Source: a virus. Taken from it: a stretch of DNA of 64,000 nucleotides. The translations under genes and the position numbers were made by a program. Below are positions 14,093-24,132 of this stretch, piece by piece. A model generated the notes under the pieces. It was given only the letters and a program-made list of their open reading frames with translations. It made no database searches and had not been told where the DNA came from. Each line of letters begins with the position of its first letter. Positions within the stretch are counted from its first letter, which is position 1. The stretch lies in the IMG/VR virus record IMGVR_UViG_3300045988_050969; one strand, 5' to 3'.

Positions 14093-15010
14093 TTAGCAAC
14101 CGCATCCGCAACCGTTATTATAACCGTAGCCGTAGCCGTAGCCATAATCATTCAAGCCACCCTGACAACCAAAAGGATTGCAAGTTAAGTAAGCAGGAAC
14201 AGGACACGGACGAATTTGATTAACGATGTTTGCAGTTTGAGCTTGCTGAGAAGCAGACAATTGTAAAGCTTGTTTATCTTCACGCAAAGCATCGATCTTA
14301 TTCTGCATTTCTCTCATTTCGAGTTGACAGAACTTATCATTGATAATTTGAGTCTGTGCATCTATCTTAGCACCTACAATATTAAACTTAGATGCATTAT
14401 CAGCCATTAAAGAATTGAATCCATTAGTAATAGCGTTCTGCAGTGTGTTAGTCTGATTGCATACAGACAGCTGATTTTCATAACCCATCTTAGTGATGTT
14501 GTTATTTACACCGCTAATAGATTCTCTAACATTGCAGCAGCAGCTAGCTAACTGAGAAGCCAAGCTTGCATTACCAGAAGTAATAGCATTAATTACTTCA
14601 CAGCTAGACAATTTAGTATCGCAAGAAATCTGGCTTACTCCAGAATTGATAGTGTTAAGAGCTGTCTGAACAGAGTTAATATCACAATTCAAAGTATTAG
14701 CCAAGTTATTGATGGCATCTTTATTACCATTAATAGCCTGCATCAACAGATTAGTGTTAGCGTCACTGTTCAGTTCAGAAGCAAGAGCACCAGCGTTACG
14801 TCCGCCGAAACCATTACCACCGAAACCACCCCAGCAGAAGAAGATCAAAATGATCCAAATCCACCACCAACCGCCGTTTCCACCGAAACCACCGTTGTTC
14901 ATCATAGCCATCAAAGCAGCCGGATCCATACCTTTATTAGCGTTTTGCATTAGAGCAGCAAGACCAGCGTCAATACCGCGATCCTGCACAATAATTCTAT
15001 CTTCTAACAT
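14093..15010 (-). CDS. unusual Gly/Trp-rich membrane protein with Cys-rich coiled region and C-terminal YGYGYGYGYNNGCGCGC tail
   Basis: Intact 305-aa track ORF with no TAG and visibly higher GC than its neighbours. Contains the segment GGFGGNGGWWWIWIILIFFCWGGFGGNGFGG and 14 Cys. Confidence 0.7.
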   Translation of the reverse strand: MLEDRIIVQDRGIDAGLAALMQNANKGMDPAALMAMMNNGGFGGNGGWWWIWIILIFFCWGGFGGNGFGGRNAGALASELNSDANTNLLMQAINGNKDAINNLANTLNCDINSVQTALNTINSGVSQISCDTKLSSCEVINAITSGNASLASQLASCCCNVRESISGVNNNITKMGYENQLSVCNQTNTLQNAITNGFNSLMADNASKFNIVGAKIDAQTQIINDKFCQLEMREMQNKIDALREDKQALQLSASQQAQTANIVNQIRPCPVPAYLTCNPFGCQGGLNDYGYGYGYGYNNGCGCGC

Positions 15011-15039
15011 AATTGATTTAATTTAAAAATTGATTTTTA

Positions 15040-15675
15040 TTAATATCTAACGTAGCGAACTGCTTTGCCACGTCCATATTCTGAATAAGGTTCGTACTCT
15101 TTTTCTCTTTCGAGCATACGTTCATAATCGTCTTCATAGTCTCTAGCTCTGCTAGTAGAATATACTCTACGACCACCACGCATCATACCACCTCTTCTAC
15201 CACCTCTACGGAATAAGCCTATGCGTTCAAATTCGTCGTCATCATCATCTTCGTATTTTTCACGCTTTTCAACTTCTTCCTCATAGCATTCCATTTCAGC
15301 TTGTCTGATCTTATCACACATAACGTAAATATAGTAATACCACATCTTACCTTCATCAATGTCTTTGTCATTGATCCAAGCTTTTGCCAATTCAACAAAA
15401 TGTTTAGTGCTATTAGAATTAGTCATACTTATAATTACCTTATAGTAATCAGAATAAACCATGTTAAGTGCTACGAACCAATCATAACGATTAAATCTGC
15501 TACCCAGATTTATTCCGTATTGACTAGCTAATGCGGTAGTTTCTTCTACAGACCAATGTGGTCCACGAGTACCATCCTCATTTTCCATTTTACTTACAGC
15601 TTTACGGGCATGTTCCTCATTGAAGTGAGGACCGTGTTCTGCTTCGTAAGCCTTTACACGAAATATTCTATGCAT
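15040..15675 (-). CDS. hypothetical protein with acidic run and RGG-type repeats
   Basis: Intact 211-aa track ORF with no TAG. C-terminal part reads EDDDDDEFERIGLFRRGGRRGGMMRGGRR. Confidence 0.65.
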   Translation of the reverse strand: MHRIFRVKAYEAEHGPHFNEEHARKAVSKMENEDGTRGPHWSVEETTALASQYGINLGSRFNRYDWFVALNMVYSDYYKVIISMTNSNSTKHFVELAKAWINDKDIDEGKMWYYYIYVMCDKIRQAEMECYEEEVEKREKYEDDDDDEFERIGLFRRGGRRGGMMRGGRRVYSTSRARDYEDDYERMLEREKEYEPYSEYGRGKAVRYVRY

Positions 15676-15708
15676 ATTATTATTGATTAATATTATTGAA
15701 TATATTGA

Positions 15709-16350
15709 TTATTGTTTAGGTAACTCGATTACACGAGTATCAGTTACCTTGATTATTGGGTTACTGTTAACTATCTGATATTTTTTGGTACGTATACGTT
15801 TCCAATCAAAGTGCCAGAACCTAACCCAGCCATTCTTATACTTATTACGATATTCTTTCTTTTCTTCTACAAACAGAATCTGTTGATTCTTAATATCTAA
15901 TGTGGCTTTAAGGATTGAGTCCTTCCTACTAACTATGATAGTTGTTAATGGATTAATTTTAAGTTCTTCGTCAAAATCTATTAACTTGTGTTTTATAATA
16001 GTTCTGACTGAATCTTTAATCTCAGTATTGATTACATTTATATTAGTTAGGTTCTTGTCTTTGATTTTGAGCTTTTTCTAAGCATCCTTGGTTTCTTTTA
16101 ATAAACTATCATTACTAGTATTTAGTTCTTCTATAGTAAGCTATAACACTCTGTTTAACTATTCTTTCTAGGATGCTAATTGCTCGTAAGCTCTAACATT
16201 GTTAGTTATTCTGTCAATCTCTTTATTCTTCTTTTGTAGCTAATGGTTCTAAACAAAAACAGTCGCAATAAGTAAACTAACTAAACCTACTGCGACTGCT
16301 CTGAAATTCCTTGTAAACCAATTAACTAACTAATTCAGTATTGGAATCAT
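15709..16350 (-). CDS. membrane-anchored coiled-coil protein, possible spanin or lysis accessory (TAG-sense)
   Basis: ATG 16348-16350. N-terminal hydrophobic stretch AVAVGLVSLLIATVFV is followed by a long Lys/Glu/Asn-rich helix. At least 7 in-frame TAG; TAA 15709-15711. Length is exactly 214 codons. Adjacent to the holin-like gene. Confidence 0.5.
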
Positions 16351-16831
16351 CTGGTAATTCTTTATCTAATGATATATCTAAATATTTCTCTCCTTTTGCT
16401 TTTATAACCTTTTTGAGGATTTTCCATATTTTCCATTTAGGATATAAGTCGCTAAATGATTCTAGTAACGACCAAAACTCAACTAAGGCTATCATTCCTG
16501 CTACTATTTCTACAGCGTGCAAGTTAATAGAGGTTACTACCAGCTAATCTATTATTGATGCACTAGTTATTGCTACTGCTGCATCTCTAGTCTTCCATAT
16601 AGTTTTCCATGCTTTATGTGATTCAATCTTAGGATGCCCATATTTTTTAGAGACTTTATAACCATAGATAGCATCAAGTAGTATCAATATACCGACAGCA
16701 GTGATAGGAACCCATACAGGTGCGAATATAGAAAGTAGCCCAGTTATAACAGAAGCTACGCATTTATTCGCACTACTGAACATGTTCTTAAATATTGACA
16801 TAGTATGTTCTCCTAATTGTTGGTAATTCAT
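16322..16831 (-). CDS. holin-like multi-pass membrane protein
   Basis: Track ORFs 16544..16831 and 16322..16522 are co-framed and joined by TAG 16544-16546. Several hydrophobic segments (VASVITGLLSIFAPVWVPITAVGILILL; HAVEIVAGMIALVEFW). TAA stop. Confidence 0.5.
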
Positions 16832-16858
16832 AGATAGTAGCTGATAATAAAAATCAAA

Positions 16859-16900
16859 TAAGCCCTGACAGATTAAAAGGGGAGTAAAATCTGAGAGGGC
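16859..16900 (-). terminator. long imperfect hairpin followed by T-rich tract, downstream of the RT gene
   Basis: AGCCCTGACAGATT...AATCTGAGAGGGCT. The minus strand continues TTATTTGATTTTTATT. Confidence 0.5.
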
Positions 16901-16945
16901 TCGAAATTCCGTTTGAGATTATAATTATATAACGATAAGGTTTAT

Positions 16946-17968
16946 TTAAGGTTTCCGTTTTGAAAATCTTCTTGCATAAACTAATAGCTCTTTATAGCGT
17001 AATATTTTCTTTAGTAAGTTGATGCCATTACAATGTTTAAGCCAACCTATATGACTACACATTTCTTGTTTGTAATCTTCTACTGTAATGTTTTTCTTTC
17101 TGCCTAATCTAGCAGCTTTCCTACACATGCTACGCTTAATATTTTTTCTTACTAAAGTATAGTCATGCCTTATTACATAACCTACAAAAGATATACCTCT
17201 GTCTTCTACTTTAAATATCTAATAGTTATCTTTGAAAGTTAATTTTAAAGTATCTAAATACTATTTCATTTCTTCAAACAGTTCTCGTAAATACTCTTTA
17301 TCCTTATGTAGTATTACTATATCATCTGCATATCTGAAGTAATATTTAACCTATTTATCTTCTTTAAGCCAGTGGTCAAAGTAAGTAAGATACAGATTAG
17401 CAAAGAACTAAGATAAGTAATTACCAATAGGTACACCTTCTGCTGAATCTATTATCTCATCTAATAGCTATAATAACTTCTAATCCTTTATCTTCTTTCT
17501 TATTATGCTCTTTAATACTTCATGGTCTATACTAGGATAGAACTTTCTGATATCTAACTTAAGACAATAAGTAGTATTATCTACATCTTTTAAAGCTTCT
17601 TTAACATTATGTAATGCTTCGTGAATACCTCTGTGTTTAATGCAACTATAAGTATCTTTAATAAAGATAGATACCCATATAGGTTCCATTATATTCATTA
17701 CAGCATGATGTACTATTCTATCTGGATAATAAGGTAATCTAAATATTAATCTTTCTTTAGGTTCTCTAATTATAAATGTATTATATTCAGAAGTTTTATA
17801 CGTACCGTTAATTAAATTCTGCTATAGTTTTTTAAGTAATTCTTCTTTATTCTAGTCAAACTCTTTGATATCTTTTCTACTAGATTTATTTCTTCTAGCT
17901 TTCTTATCTGCTAAATATAAATTGTCTAAGCTAACAATCTTATCGAATAAATTATTATATCTCTTCAT
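16946..17968 (-). CDS. diversity-generating retroelement (DGR) reverse transcriptase, 8 in-frame TAG
   Basis: ATG 17966-17968 to TAA 16946-16948 is exactly 341 codons. N-terminus MKRYNNLFDKIVSLDNLYLADKKARRNK. Motif GVPIGNYLS-TAG-FFANLYL corresponds to the DGR-specific [I/L]GxxxSQ, with TAG at the Gln (17408-17410). RYADDIVIL (YADD) at about 17318-17344. Includes track ORFs 17480..17698 and 16946..17128. Confidence 0.85.
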
Positions 17969-18105
17969 AAATAATATTTTCTGAAATACCTTCACGCATC
18001 TTCACTTTCGTTACCAATGCGTTCAAGAAGCATGTCATATTTTACCAAGAGGTAAGGTTCAGCCCTTGATTTTTTGTCAGTTTATAATTTTTTTTACGTA
18101 TTTCA

Positions 18106-18201
18106 GTGTCCTGACATTAGCATTGGAATTGTCTAACTCATTGTTAGAATTCAAATTGAACAAACCTGCATTAGACTCATTGTCTGAGTTACTGCTGATT
18201 T
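18106..18201 (-). repeat. DGR template repeat (TR)
   Basis: About 93 nt align with 18346-18438 at an offset of 238 nt. All 26 mismatches are at plus-strand T, which is A on the coding minus strand of this copy. In the VR frame it is rich in AAT/AAC codons. Confidence 0.85.
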
Positions 18202-18230
18202 ACTCACGACTGCAACCTTTTATTGGTTAA

Positions 18231-20792
18231 TTAAAACCAGTTTTCTTCAGATTCTATAGAATCCAATTGTTCATAATCCTCATCATTTAACTCTAATGTA
18301 GCTGGAGCAGCTGGCAATGCCGGTTCACCATAGAAGGTAATTCGAGTCCCGACACCAGCATCGGAATGGCCCAACCCAGAGTTAGAATCCAAAGAGAACA
18401 AACCCGCAGTAGACCCATTGCCCGAGCAACCGCCGATCAGAAGCGTCCTAGGTGTAGCTGTAGCACTAGTCCAGTGATAATCACAATAATAAGTTGTAGC
18501 ACTAGCTCCATTTCCTACTACAGTTGGGAATAGATCTGCCTAATTATTATTAACGAGTTTTTTTACATATTGACCAGTAATTGTACTTTCTTTAAAGTCT
18601 TGTAATTCATAACCTGCTGCAATTAATTGCTCTGCAGTAGGATTAGTTCCTCCTTCAAATGTACCAAACTTAGTATAATCTTTGCAGATGTATACACTAT
18701 TATCAGTACCAGCAACTACTACATCAATTACATTCTTCCACACATGACCAAATGGATTCTCAATACCACGGTATCTAGGAACATTAACTACCTTAGTACC
18801 AGTAGACGTACCCTCTGCATTAGTATTAGTATGTGTATATTCGATTATACCAGTACCATTACCTAATGAATTAGTAGTACCGCAAGGTACAAATGAATAA
18901 GTAGTAGCTCCATTTACAGTTACAGTTCCTGAAGTTACTCCATCACCCAAACCACCTTGATGATAACCTTCTGCAGTTAAATTAGCATTAAATGCTTTCT
19001 GACTATTCAATGTAGCATATTCTACTACGAATAACCAAGTAAGGTCTCTGTGAGCATCATAAGTATAAATATTCCAGTTGTTAGTTCTATTGTTATTTCT
19101 AGCCATAGTCTGGAATTCTGTTCTAGTTTTGCTTATTATAGGAGCAGTATTACGAACTTGAGTTCTTAATGAATTATTATGACTTGAACTATCTAGATTT
19201 ACACTTCCCTCGTATGCACCGATATATTTCTTCTCTACTTTAGTGTAACCAGGAAGATTGTATTCACTCATACGGATTTCAACTGTATTATCTGGAGTAG
19301 CTATAAGTAATCTATAATGTTCTGGAATTTCTACAAAAGCTTCTACACCAACCCCACTACTATCTTGAGATGAGGTAGTACCGTCTTCCCACTTAGTCCA
19401 GTCGTTTGCTTTTAAGTATTTCTTAGTATTATCCGTATTGCTGATAGTACACCCTCTCATCTTACTCTGGATAGGAAGTGTTTTATGCATTTCCATATTA
19501 CCAGTACGTACACCATCAGGACTAGAGCTATTAGCTAAGTCAAACTTAACTCCATACCACAGTTCATTTTCATTTCTACTAAGCTTACCAATCTCTTCAT
19601 CAAGAGTAACAGCTGCACTTATAGCACTAGGACTATCAGCTAAGTAATTAGTACTTGATAAGTCAGGCATTTCATTAGCTTCAGTTAAACCTACCTTATC
19701 ATTTACTTTAAGTATAGTACTTCTAAGCTCTGTAATATCTTGATTTAAAGCTGTCTCTAAACTGTCAATATTGCCTTGAAGTTCTGTATCCTTAGCTTTG
19801 AGTTCTTTCACTGCATTCTCTCTTGCAACCTTTTCATCATTAATTGCATCAGGAAGAGTTTCATTAATGGCTAACTTTTCAGCACCAGTCATTAAACCAG
19901 CAACAGTATTAGTAGCAGGAGTAATAGTAATATTAGATAAAGTAGACTGTACATATTTACCGCCGCTCTTTTCTACTCCAGTAAGACTGATAGTAATGTT
20001 ATTAACATCTGTCTGATCTAACTGGAATGTACTTAATAAATTATCTGGCATAGAGTTAACTACATTCTCCATAGCTTTACCCTTACCGCCATCATAAGCA
20101 GTACCAGTAATATCGCCAATGATAATGGCATTAGAATCAATGTGTACCCATTGTGAACCAGACCATCTAAATTGATAGCTTACTTCACCAGGAGTTACAT
20201 TAACATATATTTTATCTCTTTCACCTACTATAGGAGTTTCGTGTTCAGCATCTGCATATAACTGTATATTCTAAAGTACTCCAGTAGGAGATACAGTATA
20301 AGTAGCATATGCATCCATCACATCATCAACATATGAAGGCAATTGACTAGCAGGTACTTTACCATTACCATCAAGTTCAGCAAGACCATTAGGTTGACCT
20401 TTTAATGCTTTGAAGTCCTGTAAGTCTTCATTCACATCATCAATCTTAGTATCCAGTCTATCTACTTGAGCTTTTACAGCAGCATCACCTTTATTAATAG
20501 CATCTACTATACTAGTACCTTTAAAGTAGTTATTACTACTATTATCAGGTAAAGATATAATATCACTATTCTTATCATAGTTTAAACCAACAGATTGTAC
20601 AATCTCTTTAATATGAGTCCATTGGTCTACATTAGCATCTCTGTTTAACGGTATCCACTTCTTAAGATCAGGACTATATGACTTAATAACATTACCAGTA
20701 CTATCTGTTGCTAAGTCAATCCAGTAAGAAACCTCTTTAGGATTTGGAGCATACTTAGATGCTATGAAATTAGGATTTTCTTGTTTAACCAT
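18231..20792 (-). CDS. tail fibre / receptor-binding protein, DGR target (853 aa, TAG-sense)
   Basis: Track ORFs 20271..20792 and 18540..20072 are co-framed and joined by TAG. TAG 18540-18542 is read through for 103 more codons to TAA 18231-18233. Total is exactly 854 codons. Carries the fibre motif GKVPASQLPSYVDDV; the C-terminus carries the VR. Confidence 0.8.
18344..18439 (-). repeat. DGR variable repeat (VR) inside the 3' end of the tail-fibre gene
   Basis: Partner of the TR. It differs only where the TR has A. Encodes LIGGCSGNGSTAGLFSLDSNSGLGHSDAGVGTR, located 35-70 codons before the TAA at 18231. Confidence 0.85.
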
Positions 20793-20890
20793 ATTTGCAA
20801 ATATTTAATAATTAAATAATCTCCTGTTCTGGAGTATCGTATTCTTTCTATCTCGTATATTCATCATTGAAATATACAATATTGTTTTCA

Positions 20891-21985
20891 TTATGTTATT
20901 GGATTTAATGCTACAACTTGACCAGCTTCAGTCTTATCAAAGTAATTAACTACAGCAAATTCCTCATCTGCTGCCTAACCGTCTCTACTGCTTACATAAC
21001 TCCTAATAAACTGCTGACCTCTCTTTTCACTATTACCTGCTACGTATCCGTATCGAAATGCAGTATCTATAGTAGGATGATATATGGTTCCGTCTTCATT
21101 CATAGCGATTACTTTAATCTATCCTTCTTCAGCCATAGTATTAGTATTAAGACACCTAACAGAACCTGTTATTATATTCCCATCTATGTTTGTCTAATTA
21201 TTCCATGTCTTATACTACTTACCGTTGAATGTAACATAACCATTAACCGAAGTACTTAAAGTGCCTTTAAACGTAAAATCTCTTTGTATAGTTAGATTGG
21301 GCATACCTTCCACACTATCGTCTACAGGATTAATTTTATAATATCTATTAGTATTTGTTCCATCCACGTGTATGACCGTTTCTCCAACCCATATTTTATT
21401 AGGCATACCTTCTTCATACACCCAACCATCTTTATCAGCGAATACAAATGATTGACCTGTTACTCCCATATCACTACCCTTCATTTGATACGCTTTTACT
21501 ATAACTCCTCCTTTATAAGCAGTACATTCAACAGTCACAATACCGTCATTTTTATTTCCAAACCAGTTTCCTCTAAGCTATACAATTAACTATTCCGGCA
21601 TAGTTAAACTAGGATCATTAGTATATACATCTTGTATGGATTTAATGTCTACCATTACACACTCTGCTCCAGATTGAGTGTTATCGCCTCCCCAGTATAA
21701 AAACGGTTGAGTTCTATTTTCAGACGAACCCCAATTCCATCCTACTATTTCACTAGGGATACTAGGAGCGTTAGTGATGTTAGTACCGGTATCAAAATCT
21801 CTACCGTTAGAATCAGTCCATATGAATCTCAACTATATACTATTGAAATCATAGAAGTAAGCTACATCATCCCTAGTAGGCCATATGTGACTCTAACCAT
21901 CAAATACATCAGATATATTAGTATTGCCTACGGTTCTCTTTTGTAGGGGAACTGCTCGTCCCCCTGCTATACCTAACTCTAACAT
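20891..21985 (-). CDS. tail fibre / receptor-binding candidate (364 aa, TAG-sense)
   Basis: Track ORFs 21590..21832 and 21215..21538 are co-framed. TAG at 21215-21217, 21833-21835 and others. ATG 21983-21985 overlaps the upstream TAA. TAA stop at 20891-20893. Confidence 0.55.
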
Positions 21986-22605
21986 TATTCACTCTCCTCA
22001 TCAATAATATTATAAGTCATACCTGCTACTTTAGTAAGCTGATTATATTCAGCTTCAGTACCAGTCCATATAGGTAATGATATCTTACCATTATTAGCAC
22101 TAGGTAACGCTAAAACAACGCCAGTACCTTTGTTCATTGCCTGTTGTACTGGATCTAATACAGATATCTTATTCTCACGAATCAGTTTATTTATTAACTG
22201 AGTAATGTACTCTTCATCAAGCAGCTCACCAACATTACCAAGATTATTTTCAATACTAGTAATCTTATTGTTAATGCTAGTTATGTTCTGCTCAATATCA
22301 TTTATACTAGATTCAAGATTAGTAATTCTATTATTAACAGTAGTTATCTTACTATCTAAGTTATTTATCTTATTAGTAAGTTCTGATATACTTTGGTTAA
22401 CTTCATTCTTGAAATCCCCTACTGAAGATTCTATAGTAGCATCTATATAGTCTTTAATTCTATCATCATTAATTACTAAATCAACAATCTAGTTTATAGG
22501 AGCTTTATAGTTATGTTCCTTTTCAGCTACAACCATGTATTCACTACCTTCAAGATTGCGCTTAGGATCTAGCTCCAATATCTTTATGCCATCACATTTA
22601 TTCAT
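21985..22605 (-). CDS. tail fibre protein with conserved N-terminal anchor domain and coiled coil (206 aa)
   Basis: ATG 22603-22605; TAA 21985-21987. N-terminus MNKCDGIKILELD...GSEYMVVAEKEHNYKAPI is paralogous to the N-terminus of 30360..33644. One TAG. Confidence 0.55.
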
Positions 22606-22610
22606 AACTA

Positions 22611-23516
22611 TTACTCTTTAAAGAATCCACTAGGAGCACTTACTTTATTAAATACTACACTATCAGTAGTAGCTAATGATAATTGAGCTCTAGTAACTAC
22701 ATGAGGATTATCTCTTCTAGCTGCATGGGTATCAATAGCATTTTGTGCATTAGTAATCAATTGTTTAAGCTCATTAATTTGGGATTGCAGATTATTATCT
22801 GCATTAGTTCTATTTTCAATCTCTTGATTAATTAACTCAGTAAGATCGGTAACTTTACTATCTACGTAAGTCTTAAGTTCATTCTTAGCCTTAGTAATCT
22901 CACTATTTATATAGCTTCTTAAATCACCAATCTATTGGTCTATTTTACTATCTAACTCTTGTATATTCTGAGTTAATTCAGTAATCTTTTGTTGAATAGA
23001 ACTTAAATCCCCACCTATTACTTCAGTTATATCTTGACGTATCTCTTCAATATTAGAATTGATATTAGTAATATCTTGATTTATATCATCAATGTTATTA
23101 TTGATATCTGTAATATCCTACTTGATATTATTAACATCACCTTTGATGTCATTAATCTCATTTCTAATATTACTAATCTAAGTAGTTAACTCTTCTACTT
23201 TCTGATTAATATACTACCACAGTTTATTAACTTCCTCTTTCAGTTCATCTTTAAATTCAGCTAATTCATTTCTGATTTCAGTTATAGCTTCATTAATAAA
23301 CTGTTCTATCTAATCAAGAGCTCTATTAATATAATCAATGATAGCATCTACTTGCTTATCATTCAGATCTAGCATCTCCCATGTATTAGTATCATTACGA
23401 TAATACCTAATACAACCACCATAGTAATTAGATGTAACGTCAATCCAATAATCTACTTCTAGAGGATTAGGCTACGTATCTGATGCTCTAAATCTAACTA
23501 TCTCTCTCTGTAACAT
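22611..23516 (-). CDS. coiled-coil tail fibre protein (301 aa, TAG-sense)
   Basis: ATG 23514-23516; TAA 22611-22613. About 7 in-frame TAG. N-terminal motif EVDYWIDVTSN resembles EVSYWIDLATD in 18231..20792. Long Asn/Ile/Glu heptad region. Confidence 0.55.
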
Positions 23517-23519
23517 ATA

Positions 23520-23963
23520 TTATGCTTTAAATGTTGTTATTTTGTCTTCTGTACCATCATCATATACATCGATATGAACCCAGTTACACTATTCCTCTAA
23601 ACGTACTTTACATGGCAACAATAAAGGTTTAGCCTTTATTATCTCTCTTATTTCTTCTGCAGTCTTATCGTCACAAGTAAAATCAATGGCGTTACCTGTA
23701 ATGTGAGCACTAACATATACTCCTTTCTTACTCTTTACTAAAGGGCACAGGTTACAACGCATACCTCTTTGATGCATATTACCAATATTAATATGCATTG
23801 GCATTCGTAAAATATCAGTACGTAGACATAGTAATACATGTAGTAACTAAGTACTTAAGAACATCCACGACTATTCTCCAAATCTACTATATATGTGATT
23901 ACATACTAATTCCTTTACGTTAAAGTAAGGCTTAAGCTGTTTAATTATTTCTTCTCTCGGCAT
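23520..23963 (-). CDS. endolysin candidate, peptidase M15 (VanY / L-Ala-D-Glu peptidase-like)
   Basis: Track ORF 23589..23804 extended through TAG on both sides. Motifs SAHITGNAIDF and NWVHIDV match the H-x6-D ... H zinc ligand pattern of M15 peptidases. ATG about 23961-23963; TAA 23520-23522. Confidence 0.6.
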
Positions 23964-24132
23964 CATTGTTATTTGCAATTAGAGCCTCACCAACTAGATT
24001 GGCTGCTACGTTCATACCAAATTGTTTAGTATCGTTATCTATCTCACTTACCTTCACGTTGATTTGAAGGAGCAGAAGATATATCTGCTCCAACAATTCT
24101 CTATCTGTCATATGTGCTAAGTATGGATTCAT
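23941..24132 (-). CDS. hypothetical small protein (63 aa)
   Basis: Intact track ORF with a TAA stop. Its ATG overlaps the TAA of the upstream gene. Confidence 0.5.
   Translation of the reverse strand: MNPYLAHMTDRELLEQIYLLLLQINVKVSEIDNDTKQFGMNVAANLVGEALIANNNDAERRNN

Noticed and set aside
16946-17968. RT as a retron or group II intron reverse transcriptase
   Set aside because: The IGxxxSQ motif, the adjacent TR/VR pair with adenine-only mismatches, and the absence of intron RNA domains or an msr/msd arrangement all point to a DGR.
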